This document shows, piece by piece, positions 10,767-22,474 of a DNA stretch of 64,000 nt; the first letter of the stretch is position 1, and each line of letters opens with the position of its first letter. The DNA is taken from contig DATFEP010000058.1 of assembly GCA_035250975.1 (NCBI GenBank), positions 1 through 64,000 of the forward strand, given 5' to 3'. The stretch is from Nitrososphaeraceae archaeon. Its GTDB lineage: Archaea; Thermoproteota; Nitrososphaeria; Nitrososphaerales; Nitrososphaeraceae. Made by a program: the position numbers and the translations under genes. The notes under the pieces were generated by a model. That model was not told the DNA's origin and did not search any database. It saw only the letters and a program-made list of their open reading frames with translations.

Positions 10767-11042
10767 GTGAGTTCAGATAATATGAATAAAGACAATATCT
10801 GTAAAATTCACAATACTGCATATAGAAATGGGAAAACTTTCGAGGAATGCAAAGAGGTTGCAGTTTCTGCTACAGAACATTTATCTAAAGAAATTGAAAC
10901 CAATAAGGAGATCTCATGGTCTAAAGTACTTGTATATGTAGATCATGATGAACTCATTTACAAATTAACTTTAAAATACCTTAGGCAGAAAGGGTATGAC
11001 ATTGGTAATAATAAAACACCCATAATAAAAAAGAGCAAGTAA
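10767..11042 (+). CDS. Hypothetical protein
   Basis: 91-aa ORF with protein-like composition. Confidence 0.65.
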   Translation: MSSDNMNKDNICKIHNTAYRNGKTFEECKEVAVSATEHLSKEIETNKEISWSKVLVYVDHDELIYKLTLKYLRQKGYDIGNNKTPIIKKSK

Positions 11043-11148
11043 AAAGCGAATGGAAAAATCATAAAAGATGAATTACATCGTAACAACAATAAATAATAAT
11101 AGAAGCTGTTGGCTTGGTAACAATTTTATTCACCGGACATGAAAAATA

Positions 11149-11532
11149 TTAACGACCGCTTCCAGGTAAACCTATACCTTTTAATGGTGATCGATATTCA
11201 CTCTCTTTTATTACACCCTCTTTAGTAGTTACTTTAACGTCATCGATTTGGGTATCTGGTCTTGGGTAGAAAAAGAAAAATTCTCCTGGTTTGAGAATAT
11301 TCATTTTCTGGATATCATTCTTTCCTAATATCACTTGAATACCTGTTAATGGCTGCAGACCAGTATTAGAAACCTTAACTCTGTAAAAAGTTCCTGAAAT
11401 GTCAGTTTTATCCTTAATTGCATCTATTTCTAACGCATAAGGTGGTTTATTTTGTTCCTTATAAATAAGGAACAGAATTATTAAGCAGGCTAATAAAATT
11501 GCAGATATAATCAGGTAATTGATTATTTTCAA
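11149..11532 (-). CDS. Membrane-anchored protein with small Ig/CARDB-like beta domain
   Basis: N-terminal TM helix, then VKVSNTG...LKPGE pattern. Confidence 0.7.
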   Translation of the reverse strand: MKIINYLIISAILLACLIILFLIYKEQNKPPYALEIDAIKDKTDISGTFYRVKVSNTGLQPLTGIQVILGKNDIQKMNILKPGEFFFFYPRPDTQIDDVKVTTKEGVIKESEYRSPLKGIGLPGSGR

Positions 11533-11736
11533 ATCCTAGAAAATACTAATTCCTAAAGAATATTTGAATTATTGCTTTAGGCCCAGTAACAAGAAGAAAT
11601 ATTTTTTACAAAATTGGAATATAATATTGATATTTTTTGCTTTTTGTTCTATAAATTATTCCTAATTAAATCATTTATTACATATATAAAGAGAAGATTA
11701 TCAAATTACTTTTTTATTCCTAAGCATATATAATGT

Positions 11737-11922
11737 GTGGCAATGCAAGAATGCAGCTGTAATAATTCTCATATCAATAAAGTAATGGAGGTTTTCAAGG
11801 TATCAAGCCACTTGACTATATTAAAATGTGGCAAGTGTGGGGGAAGTATTGGCGAATGGATAGATAAAGTTTCCCTACCTAAAAGATCATATCATAAAGA
11901 TACTCGACAATTATTAACATGA
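11737..11922 (+). CDS. Small Zn-ribbon protein
   Basis: CSC...CGKCGG in 61 aa. Confidence 0.6.
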   Translation: MAMQECSCNNSHINKVMEVFKVSSHLTILKCGKCGGSIGEWIDKVSLPKRSYHKDTRQLLT

Positions 11923-12201
11923 TCGTTTTTGAAAATTAATATATAATATCAAACTATAAAGAGAGATTAGATTATAAATAAAATTAAAAATTAGAGCAAA
12001 TTAGTATATTTATAGAATAATTGAATACAATATACGGAGTAGTTTTTGAAACAGCTTAAATATCCCCATCAATAATTTCTTACCATTACCAAGTCAAATA
12101 TTGTCATGACTTTGAATGAATTGATATGGATAAATTCTGTATTTCTAAAAACAAAAAGGTTAAAAAAAATAAGTAAAAGAAAATAGTGGAAAAGATTTTT
12201 G

Positions 12202-12609
12202 TCAAGTTATTCCTGTAAAACGTCCCTCTATCTCATTTAAACGAAAAGAGTATCCATCTATTTTTCGGAGATCAGAAAAATCAGAATCTGTTTTTACCTT
12301 GTCAAAAAAAGAGAAAATTTCTTCATTCTTTACTCCATGTTTTAAATCATACCTGATTCGATTACATACCTTGTCCAATCCACCGTATCTTTTGTGTAAC
12401 ATTCTTTGATATCGAGTTGGATTTTCAGGAAGACCGGTCAAATATTTTACAATAGTATTTTGCATGTTTTTGACATGCCAATCCCTCATAGGATATCTGT
12501 TTGGATTCAAAATGATCGTATTATTATAGGATGGGGGCATATATATTAGGACCTTTTTGAGTGTTATATGTGAAAAAAGATTTGGGATTACATTCAGGCA
12601 AATAATCAA
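12202..12609 (-). CDS. Hypothetical protein (true start probably an internal Met)
   Basis: 135-aa ORF; core from MPPSY or MRDWH has protein-like composition. Confidence 0.7.
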   Translation of the reverse strand: MIICLNVIPNLFSHITLKKVLIYMPPSYNNTIILNPNRYPMRDWHVKNMQNTIVKYLTGLPENPTRYQRMLHKRYGGLDKVCNRIRYDLKHGVKNEEIFSFFDKVKTDSDFSDLRKIDGYSFRLNEIEGRFTGIT

Positions 12610-12790
12610 TAAAAGATTTAATGCGAGTTGAGAAAAAGCTAATTTTTTTCAATATATACAATAGCCTCGAAGAAAATAGTAGTAGATTATGAATAACAGG
12701 TCTGACATAATATTATTCATTCCCGAGAGTAACCGGTTTCTTTTTAAAAAGTGAAGGTTGAAATATCTCAAATATTTATTATGATTAACT

Positions 12791-13150
12791 TTGAAAAATC
12801 CAAGTTTGAGAACAGAGTTCTTTGTTAGAAGTAATGAAGGATCATATGGCGGAGGAGGTTCCAACCGAAGTTATGGTAACCGCAGTTTTTCTCCATATAG
12901 AAGATATCCCCCTGCTCCAGTTGAAATAGATCAAGAATACGACGTAAAAATTGAAGCGATGAGTAGACAAGGCAATGCAGGTATTGCAAGAATCCAAGGT
13001 TTAGTTATTTTTGTAGATGGAACTAAAGTCGACGATAATGTAAGAATAAAAATTAAAAAGATAGGTAGAGGACATGCTATAGGAGAAATAGTAAGTCCTG
13101 CATTAGAACAGACTACAGAACAGACTACAGAACAGACTACAGAACAATAA
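12791..13150 (+). CDS. Single TRAM-domain RNA-binding protein
   Basis: Gly/Arg/Tyr-rich N-terminus, then PVEIDQEYDVKIEAMSRQGNAGIARIQGLVIFV; start uncertain. Confidence 0.88.
   Translation: MKNPSLRTEFFVRSNEGSYGGGGSNRSYGNRSFSPYRRYPPAPVEIDQEYDVKIEAMSRQGNAGIARIQGLVIFVDGTKVDDNVRIKIKKIGRGHAIGEIVSPALEQTTEQTTEQTTEQ
13105..13146 (+). repeat. 12-bp tandem repeat x3.5 encoding (EQTT)n
   Basis: agaacagactac repeated at 13105, 13117, 13129 plus a partial copy. Confidence 0.9.
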
Positions 13151-13555
13151 GAAGGGTAATATTTTTTTCTATTTATCCTATTTATTCAATTTTTATTTTA
13201 TTAGAAATATAATGTAAAAAAAACAAATAGTTCTTCAGTACAATAATTATTTGATCCTAGATAACTAAATATCATATCGTAACCATTCAAACAATTTTAA
13301 TTCATAAATTAATTAGTCTACGAAACATTCTAGAATTGGTTACCAGTTATAAGTACGATCAAATGTATTAAAAAGATGATATTTAGATTCTATCCTTTCA
13401 ACATGCAGACAAGTGTGGATTATATTGAAATATTGTAATATTCAAAATATTATCTAGATGGGATATTTAACCACATACGTACAAATTTGAATTATTAAAA
13501 TTTTACTTTTGACAAAGGTACATTCTATAAATATCTGACAATCCCAACAGAAGCT

Positions 13556-13834
13556 ATGAAAGAGATGGGTTATGTTATTGTAGGTCTAGCAATCTTGGGT
13601 ATGTTGGCAATTATATTATGGTTTACAAATATGCCTGAGACAATTGAAGATACCGATATTCAGATAATTATTGCATTAGGAATTGGATTATTAATAATGG
13701 TATTAGACAAACGACAAGATCTTCACTTTCATGAAATTATTCAAAACCAAAATCAAATGATATCAGAAATTCACCTCACCATCATGCAGGAAAAAATAGC
13801 AGTCGAAGAAATTAGAAAAATGCTGGACAAATAA
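13556..13834 (+). CDS. Small two-TM membrane protein with coiled-coil tail
   Basis: 92 aa, two hydrophobic helices. Confidence 0.7.
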   Translation: MKEMGYVIVGLAILGMLAIILWFTNMPETIEDTDIQIIIALGIGLLIMVLDKRQDLHFHEIIQNQNQMISEIHLTIMQEKIAVEEIRKMLDK

Positions 13835-14029
13835 AATCGTTCGTGAGCTAGGAAAAGAAAATAGTTGCATTGGAAGCATTGATTTCTTATAAATTGTTTC
13901 AATATCTTATTTTTTTAGGTCAGGTTTTCTCTTTGATCTTTTGTACATCAATTATATTTGTTTTTAGGAGAAAATTTAAGCAATATATGAATAAATGTCA
14001 TACAATTATACGCTTCCAATCATAATCAA

Positions 14030-14261
14030 CATAAAGAAAACTAATTTGTTAGAGTATCCAATGATCTGAATCGTACCTGCTGTTTTGTCATTGAAATCTC
14101 TTTCAGATTGCTTGCAAAAGTACTGTTGGTATGAATGGTATTTATCATCCCATTCTGCGTCATAAGACTGACAGCTTGGACTTAATATATTCTTCCCTCT
14201 TACCTCAAACTATGCATGAAAATCAACTGTCATAAGGAATAGATTATGTTAACGTAAACAT
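14030..14261 (-). mobile_element. Degenerate IS1595/IS1-type transposase N-terminal Zn-ribbon remnant
   Basis: Manual translation EVRGKNILSPSCQSYDAEWDDKYHSYQQYFCKQSEKRF/NDKTAGTI resembles VRWxxGxxCPxC...QRYxCKxCxxxFNDKTGTIF; stops and frameshift present; ends approximate. Confidence 0.6.
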
Positions 14262-14335
14262 GTCTTGAATGTGTGTATTAAATTTTTAAGCATGGCCGAA
14301 AGATTCATGAATAAGAGCGGGCACCATTTATTTGT

Positions 14336-14839
14336 TCATTCATATTGTTGCTGATTTTTTAGAGGCCTTTGTAGCTTTAAGAGTGACTTTCTACATTCTT
14401 TTTCCATTTCCTCTGGAGACATATCCATTATATGTGTAGCTATCGACCAAATATGACCATAAGGGTCTTTTAACTGTCCACATCTGTCCCCCCAAGGTGC
14501 GTCCATTACATGTACGATTTCCTGTGCACCAGCTAATAATGCCTGATTAAATACTTTATCTGCATCAAGAACGTAAACATATAGAGATACAGCACTTCCA
14601 CCAATAGATAACGGAGAGTAACAACCCATGTCAGGAAATTCGTCAGATAATATAATTATAGAGTCACCAAGTTTTAACTCTGCATACATTATTCTCTTTC
14701 CATCTGGTGCATAATTTCTAAAGCTTTCAACAATATTGAACGCTCGTTTGTAAAATTCTATAGCTTCATTCCCATTTTTTACGACCAAACATGGAGTTAC
14801 TGTATGATAACCCTCTCTGATAGGGCTAACCTCTATCAT
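14336..14839 (-). CDS. VOC/glyoxalase (PhnB-like) family protein
   Basis: GYHTVTPCLVV, AIEFYKRAF, WGDRCGQLKDPYGHIWSIA. Confidence 0.9.
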   Translation of the reverse strand: MIEVSPIREGYHTVTPCLVVKNGNEAIEFYKRAFNIVESFRNYAPDGKRIMYAELKLGDSIIILSDEFPDMGCYSPLSIGGSAVSLYVYVLDADKVFNQALLAGAQEIVHVMDAPWGDRCGQLKDPYGHIWSIATHIMDMSPEEMEKECRKSLLKLQRPLKNQQQYE

Positions 14840-15713
14840 CTTATAATATATTAGCTAAAGTAATATTTAAGAGAATATACAAAATGAAAGAAAATTGTGA
14901 TTAACAATCAAGACAGAGTATTTACTAGTATACCCAAATAATACAAATAATTTGTACCATCATAACACTACATAGTTATAAAAACTGGCAGACGTGAACT
15001 CTAAATCTTATTCATATTCTTATTAAAAAATTGTTTTGGCACAAGCTGAAAAAATATTATTCAGATTGCATAGAGATGTACTAATGATTAAATCGAGTGT
15101 CAATTTTATGAGATATACTTAGTAGTTATTTCGGAACCTATATGGTACTAATTATACTGATTCAACAAAGAACAATCCAAATATTTACATATGTCAATTA
15201 AACGAAGTACTTTAATTCGTAAATCCTGATAAGACATAATGCTGTAAGCGAATAGAACATAAAATAATTAAAGGCAATCAATACCATAAAATGAGAAAGA
15301 CAAGAAAAAATATGTTGAGACAAACATCCTACAAGATTAGTACTTTCGGAAAGAACAAATTCATGGTATAATATACAGGAAATTATATGCAAGATATTAA
15401 AAACTAGATTACTCTTATGTTGAATAAGTTTTATTAGGGAATTAATGATATTATTAATTCTTAGAATACCTTGTATTTATGTACATATTTTATATCGGCT
15501 TTTTAGTATCTTTTATTTTAACATCAAATTCTCATTTTATATTTATTTATATTTGTATTTTAATTTGATATGTTATTTCGTTCCAAATGGTTCCTGTTAC
15601 ATACGAATATATAAAATCGTAAAAAATATACTTTGGAAAGACATCTATTGTTTGAAATTTTGATTAAAAAATAACACAGTCAAATAAGATAACCGTTACC
15701 TTTTCAAAAAATA

Positions 15714-17741
15714 TTATCCTGTGGTCGTTTCAACATTATATTGATCAAATGTAAATTTTCTTTTTCTACCAAAAGGCTTGAAAGGTTTTCCGTTACCATG
15801 ATAAAATTTTGAAAAGAATTCAACGTAAATCAACCTAGCACCCTGAATACCTGGTTCGAATACACCAAGGACGATATTAAAAATGTGACCTATAAAGAAT
15901 ATTGATATTCCTAGAATAACATGCGGAAGTGGGTTATCTATGGTTCTAAGAAAAATATGATCAATTACGTCAGCGAGTATAATTGATGCAAGCATTATTC
16001 CTACAATTCTAGTATAGGAAAGTATATGACTAATTATGGAAGGTAATTCCATCATAGCCCTAACACCTTCACCGTAAAACATCAATCCTAACCCCCCAAG
16101 TATCAGCGCAAAATAAACAGCTCCCGTGATACTACCTGTTGGGTTTATATTTTGATGTCCTATGAGTGCCAATCCTAAAAGAGATATTCCCCAGCCAAAC
16201 GCAAGCCATCCAATTTTGCCGATTGCATGTTTTTTCTGTCCTTCCCTTAGAGCATTTATTATTCCTAGTACAAGCCCAAATGAAACCATACCCAGACCTA
16301 TATACCCACTTATTAGCAATAATTTACGTAGTCCAAATGTACTAATAGGGTCGAGCAGCGCACCGTCAGGCGGCAAGCTGAATCCAAATGTTTCATTTAG
16401 AAATGAGAATAGGTATTGATTTAAGTGAAATCCAAAATAAAGATTAAAACAGAATCCAAGTATAATTGTAAAAATACATCCAGGAATTATTGCCTTGGCT
16501 AGCTTCACCATTTGTGTAGGTCTTAAGATTGTCTTTGCAAAATTCCGTAAAAATTTTGGCATTATAGTAAAATTACGCTTACCACCTTCTACCCTTCTTA
16601 TGACCCATTTAGAGACAAGTAATATAACGATACCGTATCCTACATCACCTATCATCATACCATAAAAAAATGGAAAAATTAAGGCGAACATTATCGTTGG
16701 ATCGAACTCTCTACCAGAAGGCAAAGAGTAAAACCTAATAAATGATTCATAAACCTTCATTTTTTTTGGGGTGGCAAGAAGAGTTGGAGGATTCTCTTTA
16801 CTCTCCAAATCAGACAAAATTGTTCCCTCAGAATGTTTTTTAAAAGCTGTTTTTAGGTTTTCTATTTTTGGTTTTGGGACCCATCCTTCCAACGCAAAAG
16901 CATCTTCTGTTACTCCTAGATGATCAATGATCTCTAGTTTTCTATTTTCTATCTCAAGTTGTTCTTCTGCCCCTTTCAGAAATTTGTAATGCATTCTGGA
17001 AATTTCAGTCATCTGATTATTAATTTGATTTAATTTTGATGATAGAGTATTGCTAATATTTTTCTGATTTTGAATAATAATTTCTGGTTTGCCTTTAAGT
17101 TTTGGTACGACCTCTAAATGTACATTATGTGAATTAACCGCTGATGCCAAGGATGCCGATCTAAAGGTTGGAGTAGTAATAAGAACAAAATGTGTTACTT
17201 TGTTAGCCTCTTTAGGATATATAATGATGTCCGGACTTTCAGATTGTAATTCCTTCCTAAATTCTGGAAATTTTTCAGAGGCAACACGTCCAAAGTACGA
17301 ACGGGCGAAGGATAGATCTAAAATATTGAAATCTTCATGAAAGAAAGAAAACTCTTCAACCAGTTTGATATTGTTCTCTGCCTCTCTTTTCTGTGTGGTT
17401 AGATTATCCTTTTCCCTTTCCAGAGACGCAATTTTACTATCAATATCAAGAGACTTTAAGGTCGAAATCAATTCATTTAATGACAAAAATCCAGATTTTC
17501 CGACTATTTTTGTTGGTGGAAGAGAACCAAGTAATCCTTTAATCCTCAGTAGTTGATCAGAAATTTCATTATGAAATTCACTTTCACGTTCTCTAGCAAG
17601 AAAGGATTCTGTTGTTTTTGAAAGAGGTTCGAGGTGTATTACATTCATTTCATGTAAGATAGTAAGAATTTGTTGTCTAAATTTTTTTAGCCCTATTATA
17701 GCTACTCGAACCATAGGAACTGGTTTAAGTATCGTAGACAT
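15714..17741 (-). CDS. atpI: A/V-type ATP synthase subunit I (a)
   Basis: PPTLL, DPT..FP.FYGMMIGDVGYG, LSYTRI, ARLIYVEFFSKFYHGNGKPFKPF. Confidence 0.95.
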   Translation of the reverse strand: MSTILKPVPMVRVAIIGLKKFRQQILTILHEMNVIHLEPLSKTTESFLARERESEFHNEISDQLLRIKGLLGSLPPTKIVGKSGFLSLNELISTLKSLDIDSKIASLEREKDNLTTQKREAENNIKLVEEFSFFHEDFNILDLSFARSYFGRVASEKFPEFRKELQSESPDIIIYPKEANKVTHFVLITTPTFRSASLASAVNSHNVHLEVVPKLKGKPEIIIQNQKNISNTLSSKLNQINNQMTEISRMHYKFLKGAEEQLEIENRKLEIIDHLGVTEDAFALEGWVPKPKIENLKTAFKKHSEGTILSDLESKENPPTLLATPKKMKVYESFIRFYSLPSGREFDPTIMFALIFPFFYGMMIGDVGYGIVILLVSKWVIRRVEGGKRNFTIMPKFLRNFAKTILRPTQMVKLAKAIIPGCIFTIILGFCFNLYFGFHLNQYLFSFLNETFGFSLPPDGALLDPISTFGLRKLLLISGYIGLGMVSFGLVLGIINALREGQKKHAIGKIGWLAFGWGISLLGLALIGHQNINPTGSITGAVYFALILGGLGLMFYGEGVRAMMELPSIISHILSYTRIVGIMLASIILADVIDHIFLRTIDNPLPHVILGISIFFIGHIFNIVLGVFEPGIQGARLIYVEFFSKFYHGNGKPFKPFGRKRKFTFDQYNVETTTG

Positions 17742-17759
17742 GTTATTCTCTCATCCTAT

Positions 17760-18086
17760 TCATATCTTAGAAAGCAGGATTTCTATTATATTCATTATAT
17801 TCTGTTTGTCAGAATTGAAAGAGATTGACTTGGATTTTTTTTCTGCATCCGCTAGAATCTGCTCAGCCTCTTTAGAAGCTTCCTGCTTAGCATGTTTAAC
17901 ACTTTCTTCAACCATTTTTTTTCCTTCTATTTTTGTTTCAGAGATCACGTTTTCTAGCTCGTCTTGTAAATTTTTTATATCTTTCTCAATAGAACGTCTA
18001 TGTTTCTCAATTTCCACCTGTACTTGATCTTCCTTTTCTTTAATTCGCTTTAGTATAGATATATAATCTTGCTGGGAATCTGACAT
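17760..18086 (-). CDS. atpH: A/V-type ATP synthase subunit H (G)
   Basis: 108-aa charged coiled coil (LKRIKEKE...A..EA) directly upstream of atpI; SD-like AGGAG upstream. Confidence 0.8.
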   Translation of the reverse strand: MSDSQQDYISILKRIKEKEDQVQVEIEKHRRSIEKDIKNLQDELENVISETKIEGKKMVEESVKHAKQEASKEAEQILADAEKKSKSISFNSDKQNIMNIIEILLSKI

Positions 18087-18254
18087 ATTTAAGCTCCTAA
18101 AAATTGTTTACCTATAATGAATAACAAAACTGTTGTCCCTATGATATTTCCAATCTTAAAGGCTCTTCCAATGATATAAAATTTTTTTTGCTTGTCGTTT
18201 GCAAAATTTCCTTTAGTGTTATTATTTTTATTATTGTCTTTATTATTATAACTA

Positions 18255-18920
18255 TTATGCATGAATCTCTATTTCCTCCTTCTTTTGAATCATTTCTTCT
18301 CTTTCTCCCATTTTCCTCTTTACAGTTTTCAACATAATGAATGTATCCCGTTCCATCTCATCAAGTCTAAAAGTAATGAATTTCACTGCAGCTAATAATT
18401 TAGGAATCAAGACATTTTCTATTGCATTATATTTGCGCTTTGTTCTCTCTATTTCATAAAGCAATTTCCTCAATGCAGTTTCTTTCTCTGCTACCTCTAA
18501 AACAATTTTGTGAACCTTTTGGAAGGCTCTTATTGCTTCGTTGATAGATGCTGGGAGTTCAAGTAAATGTTCAGCAAGCAACTCTCTTTCCCCACCAGTT
18601 AGCTTGGGGATGTGAACGCCCATTATACTCTTTGATTCTATCTGTAAATTTCTCATTTGCGATATTTTCATCGCCTCATTTTCGAGTTGCATTGTACCAG
18701 CCAGCATCTCAGCCATTCTGATACTTTCATAGCCTTTTATCAGTTCAGACTGTAAACTACCTCTTAAAGCCGCTGCAGTCTTGCTTGTATTAAAGAATTC
18801 AAGAATTAAAGCTTGACGTTTTAGTTTTAGCAGATTCAAGCCTTTCTTTGCAACCAAAATTCGACGTTTTGTACGTATATATTCAAGGCGAGTTGGTCTA
18901 ATATCACTAGCGACGCCCAT
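18255..18920 (-). CDS. atpD: A/V-type ATP synthase subunit D
   Basis: IRPTRLE, GLNLLKLKR, EIERTKRKYNAIENVLIP. Confidence 0.95.
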   Translation of the reverse strand: MGVASDIRPTRLEYIRTKRRILVAKKGLNLLKLKRQALILEFFNTSKTAAALRGSLQSELIKGYESIRMAEMLAGTMQLENEAMKISQMRNLQIESKSIMGVHIPKLTGGERELLAEHLLELPASINEAIRAFQKVHKIVLEVAEKETALRKLLYEIERTKRKYNAIENVLIPKLLAAVKFITFRLDEMERDTFIMLKTVKRKMGEREEMIQKKEEIEIHA

Positions 18921-18930
18921 TATGCACCAA

Positions 18931-20334
18931 TCATGCTCCTTCTGTCCCTGTTTCTACAAGAGCCTTCTTTCTATATTTTGTAATAAATTCCGCCTTTATA
19001 CGTTTCAATTCGGATTCTGGCAGATCACTTAAGAGGTCCCACCCGATATCTAGCGTCTGTTCAATCGATCTATTTTCATTTACTCCCTGATTTACGAATT
19101 TTCGTTCAAAATTATTAGCAATTTTAACAAATTTTCTATCAGTATCACTTAATGCTTCCTCTCCGACTATTGCGGCCAATCCCCTAGCATCTTTTCCTTG
19201 GGCATATGTTGCATAGAGCTGATCAGCAAGATTTCTGTGATCTTCCCTTGTTCTACCACTACCGATCCCTTGATTCATTAATCTTGAGAGACTTGTTAGT
19301 ACATCAACTGGAGGTTGAATATTCAATCTGTTCAGATCTCTACTCAAAACTATCTGACCTTCTGTAATATATCCAGTTAGATCGGGTATAGGATGTGTAA
19401 TATCATCTGCTGGCATAGCAAGAATTGGAATTTGAGTAACAGAACCCTTTCTACCTTTAATTTTTCCTGCACGTTCATAAATTGAGGACAGATCTGTATA
19501 CATATAACCCGGGTATCCCCTTCTTCCAGGGACCTCTTCACGTGCTGCGGAAATTTCCCTTAGAGCTTCACAATAATTGGTCATGTCAGTGAGTATAACT
19601 AGCACATGCATCTCTCGTTCATAGGCTAGGAATTCTGCTGTTGTTAGGGCAAGTCTTGGAGTAAGTATACGTTCCATTGAAGGATCAGATGATAGATTTA
19701 GGAAAAGAACACTTCTACCAAGTGCTCCACTTTCTTCAAACTCATTCACGAAGAAATTAGCTTCTTCACTTGTAATACCCATTGCAGCAAATACTACAGA
19801 AAAATTTTCTGAGGTCCCAAGAACTTTGGCTTGTCTAGCAATCTGTGTTGCTAGTAAATTATGTGGCAAGCCAGCACCGGAAAAAATAGGAAGTTTCTGT
19901 CCTCTGACAAGAGTATTCATCCCATCTATATTAGACATGCCGGTCTGGATAAATTCAGACGGTTCTTCTCTAGAATAGGGATTTATTCCAGAACCTACCA
20001 AATCGTATTTTTGTTTAGATATAATCTTTGGTCCATTATCTCTTGGTTTTCCCAATCCGTCAAAAGTTCTTCCGAGCATTTCGTCAGATACAGAAATCAT
20101 GGCGGTTTCACCCAAGAATTTTGTTGAAGTTCCACTAGTACCAAGTCCATATGTTGCTCCAAATACTTGGACAACTGCCAAGCCTTGTTTTGTATCAAGT
20201 ACTTGTCCTAAACGATGTTCTCCATCTGCTAACTTTATCTCCACCATCTCTCCGTAGGCTGCATTATCAACACCTTCAACAAAAATCAAAGGACCAGCTA
20301 TCTTGGATAAGGTTTTAAACGCTACATTAGACAT
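18931..20334 (-). CDS. atpB: A/V-type ATP synthase subunit B
   Basis: [49 protein letters not shown]. Confidence 0.98.
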   Translation of the reverse strand: MSNVAFKTLSKIAGPLIFVEGVDNAAYGEMVEIKLADGEHRLGQVLDTKQGLAVVQVFGATYGLGTSGTSTKFLGETAMISVSDEMLGRTFDGLGKPRDNGPKIISKQKYDLVGSGINPYSREEPSEFIQTGMSNIDGMNTLVRGQKLPIFSGAGLPHNLLATQIARQAKVLGTSENFSVVFAAMGITSEEANFFVNEFEESGALGRSVLFLNLSSDPSMERILTPRLALTTAEFLAYEREMHVLVILTDMTNYCEALREISAAREEVPGRRGYPGYMYTDLSSIYERAGKIKGRKGSVTQIPILAMPADDITHPIPDLTGYITEGQIVLSRDLNRLNIQPPVDVLTSLSRLMNQGIGSGRTREDHRNLADQLYATYAQGKDARGLAAIVGEEALSDTDRKFVKIANNFERKFVNQGVNENRSIEQTLDIGWDLLSDLPESELKRIKAEFITKYRKKALVETGTEGA

Positions 20335-20336
20335 TT

Positions 20337-22103
20337 TTAAATTGTTACCTCCAGCAACAAATTATCATATTGTTGTTTCATATTTATCTTGATCTCATTA
20401 AGTAATTGTTCAACTTCTTCTTCTTTTGTCCATTTCATCTTTGATAAAAGTTTTCGTGCCTCAAGGGCACCAACCTTTGAGGATGGAACCCCTTTCTTTA
20501 TAGCTTCAGCTTCCATTCTTCCGAATTCTAATATCATAGAGAGCATCAAATTCTGTTTTTTGATAGAGGTGTAAGTATCGACTTCATCGTAAGCACTTTG
20601 CTGAAGATAGTCTTCTCGAATAGATCGTGCAGTATCCAAAATACCTTTTTCAGGTTCAGGTAATGCATCATATCCTATCAGTTGAACAATTTCTTGTAAT
20701 TCTGACTCCCTTTGTAAAATTTCTAAAGCTTCCTTCCTCTGCGGAATCCATTCAGAAGAGACATTGTTGTTGTACCAGTTAGTCATATCATCAGCATACA
20801 AGGAATAACTTGTTAGCCAGTTTATAGAGGGAAAGTGCCTTCTTGACGCTAAATTAGCATCGAGTGCCCAAAATACTCTTGTAACTCTTAAAGTATTTTG
20901 AGAAACAGGTTCAGAAAAGTCTCCTCCTGGTGGAGATACTGCACCAACTAAAGTCAGAGAACCGACCCGCTCTTCGGGAGATATTACTACTGCCTTTCCT
21001 CCCCTTTCATAAAATTCCGCTAATCTTCTTCCAAGGTAAGCTGGATATCCTTCCTCTCCAGGCATTTCTTCCAGCCTGCCTGAGATTTCTCTCAATGCTT
21101 CGGCCCACCTTGACGTACTATCAGCCATCAAGGCCACATCATATCCCATGTCTCTATAATATTCACCCATGGTAATACCGGTATAGATACTTGCTTCACG
21201 AGCTGCAACGGGCATGTTCGATGTATTTGCAACAAGAATAGTTCTCTCCATTAATGGTCTTTTTGATTTTGGATCTTCTAATTCTGGAAAGGTAGTGAGA
21301 ATCTCTGTCATTTCGTTTCCTCTTTCACCGCATCCAATGTAAACGATAACACTACTGTCTGCCCACTTTGCAAGTTGTTGTTGAGTTACTGTTTTTCCAC
21401 TTCCAAAGGGTCCTGGAATAGCTGCTGTCCCACCCTTTGCTACTGGAAAAAAGGTATCAAGAACACGCTGTCCTGTAAGCAAGGGTGACTCTGGTGGAAG
21501 TTTGCGAAGAACAGGTCTTGCCATTCTTACCATCCACCAACTTGATAAACCAATATCCTTAGTACCCGTATTTGTTTTCACTTGTGCAACATTTTCATTA
21601 ACTGTGTATTTCCCTTCTGTTATTTCGGAAAGTTGACCATTAATACCAAAGGGAATCATTATTTTGTGACTTATCAATGGCGTTTCTTGAACCTCTCCAA
21701 TTATTTCACCTGGAGAAACGTTTTCACCATTTTTCTTGATTGGGACAAAATCCCATTTCTTATGTTCGTCTAAAGCGGGAATAATATTGCCTCTGCTGAT
21801 AAAATCACCGCTTTTCTCCCTTAATACATCGAGCGGGCGTTGAATTCCATCATAAATTGACGTCAACAATCCTGGTCCAAGCTGCATTGATAGTGGTCTC
21901 TTTGTGTTGATAACTTTTTCTCCCGGTCTAAGTCCTGTAGTATCTTCGTATACTTGTATTGTGGCCTTATTACCTTCAAGACGGATAATTTCTCCGAGCA
22001 AACCCAATTCTCCAATTCTTACAACATCATACATTTTTGCAGCTTCAACATCTGTCGCTACAACAACTGGACCCGAAATTCTCGAAACAATAGCAGTTGA
22101 CAT
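20337..22103 (-). CDS. atpA: A/V-type ATP synthase subunit A (no intein)
   Basis: Walker [31 protein letters not shown]. Confidence 0.98.
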   Translation of the reverse strand: MSTAIVSRISGPVVVATDVEAAKMYDVVRIGELGLLGEIIRLEGNKATIQVYEDTTGLRPGEKVINTKRPLSMQLGPGLLTSIYDGIQRPLDVLREKSGDFISRGNIIPALDEHKKWDFVPIKKNGENVSPGEIIGEVQETPLISHKIMIPFGINGQLSEITEGKYTVNENVAQVKTNTGTKDIGLSSWWMVRMARPVLRKLPPESPLLTGQRVLDTFFPVAKGGTAAIPGPFGSGKTVTQQQLAKWADSSVIVYIGCGERGNEMTEILTTFPELEDPKSKRPLMERTILVANTSNMPVAAREASIYTGITMGEYYRDMGYDVALMADSTSRWAEALREISGRLEEMPGEEGYPAYLGRRLAEFYERGGKAVVISPEERVGSLTLVGAVSPPGGDFSEPVSQNTLRVTRVFWALDANLASRRHFPSINWLTSYSLYADDMTNWYNNNVSSEWIPQRKEALEILQRESELQEIVQLIGYDALPEPEKGILDTARSIREDYLQQSAYDEVDTYTSIKKQNLMLSMILEFGRMEAEAIKKGVPSSKVGALEARKLLSKMKWTKEEEVEQLLNEIKINMKQQYDNLLLEVTI

Positions 22104-22123
22104 ACTAATATTTCACTCCTTCA

Positions 22124-22468
22124 TCAACCCATTTTAATACTTATCCCAAGTACACGTTTAGCCAACGTCGCGATCGATTCCTCCTGAACATTTCCTTTTA
22201 AGGAGGGCATAAACAAAACCAATGGTTCGATAGATGCTTCGACTCTTGTTCTAAATAAGTGTGGAAGAGAAGCACTGACAAACTGACTAGCGATTATCAA
22301 GTTAAACTTTCGAGAGAAAAAAATGCTTTCCATAGTTTTCAGAGCCTCATCTGCTTGGTTAACTATATATGTATCGTCTATCCCCAATAGGCGATAGCCC
22401 ATTACAAGTTCTCTTTCACCTATGATAGCAATTGCACCATCTGATTCTGATTTTTGTTTAGTTGACAT
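22124..22468 (-). CDS. atpF: A/V-type ATP synthase subunit F
   Basis: IAIIGERELVMGYRLLGI, KRVLGI, operon position. Confidence 0.92.
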   Translation of the reverse strand: MSTKQKSESDGAIAIIGERELVMGYRLLGIDDTYIVNQADEALKTMESIFFSRKFNLIIASQFVSASLPHLFRTRVEASIEPLVLFMPSLKGNVQEESIATLAKRVLGISIKMG

Positions 22469-22474
22469 TTTATA

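Noticed and set aside
15198-15663. Two ORFs rich in Ile/Tyr/Phe (15198-15392 and 15445-15663)
   Set aside because: Composition reflects AT-rich non-coding DNA; no motifs
16162-22137. Several plus-strand ORFs within the atp operon
   Set aside because: Antisense shadows of well-supported genes
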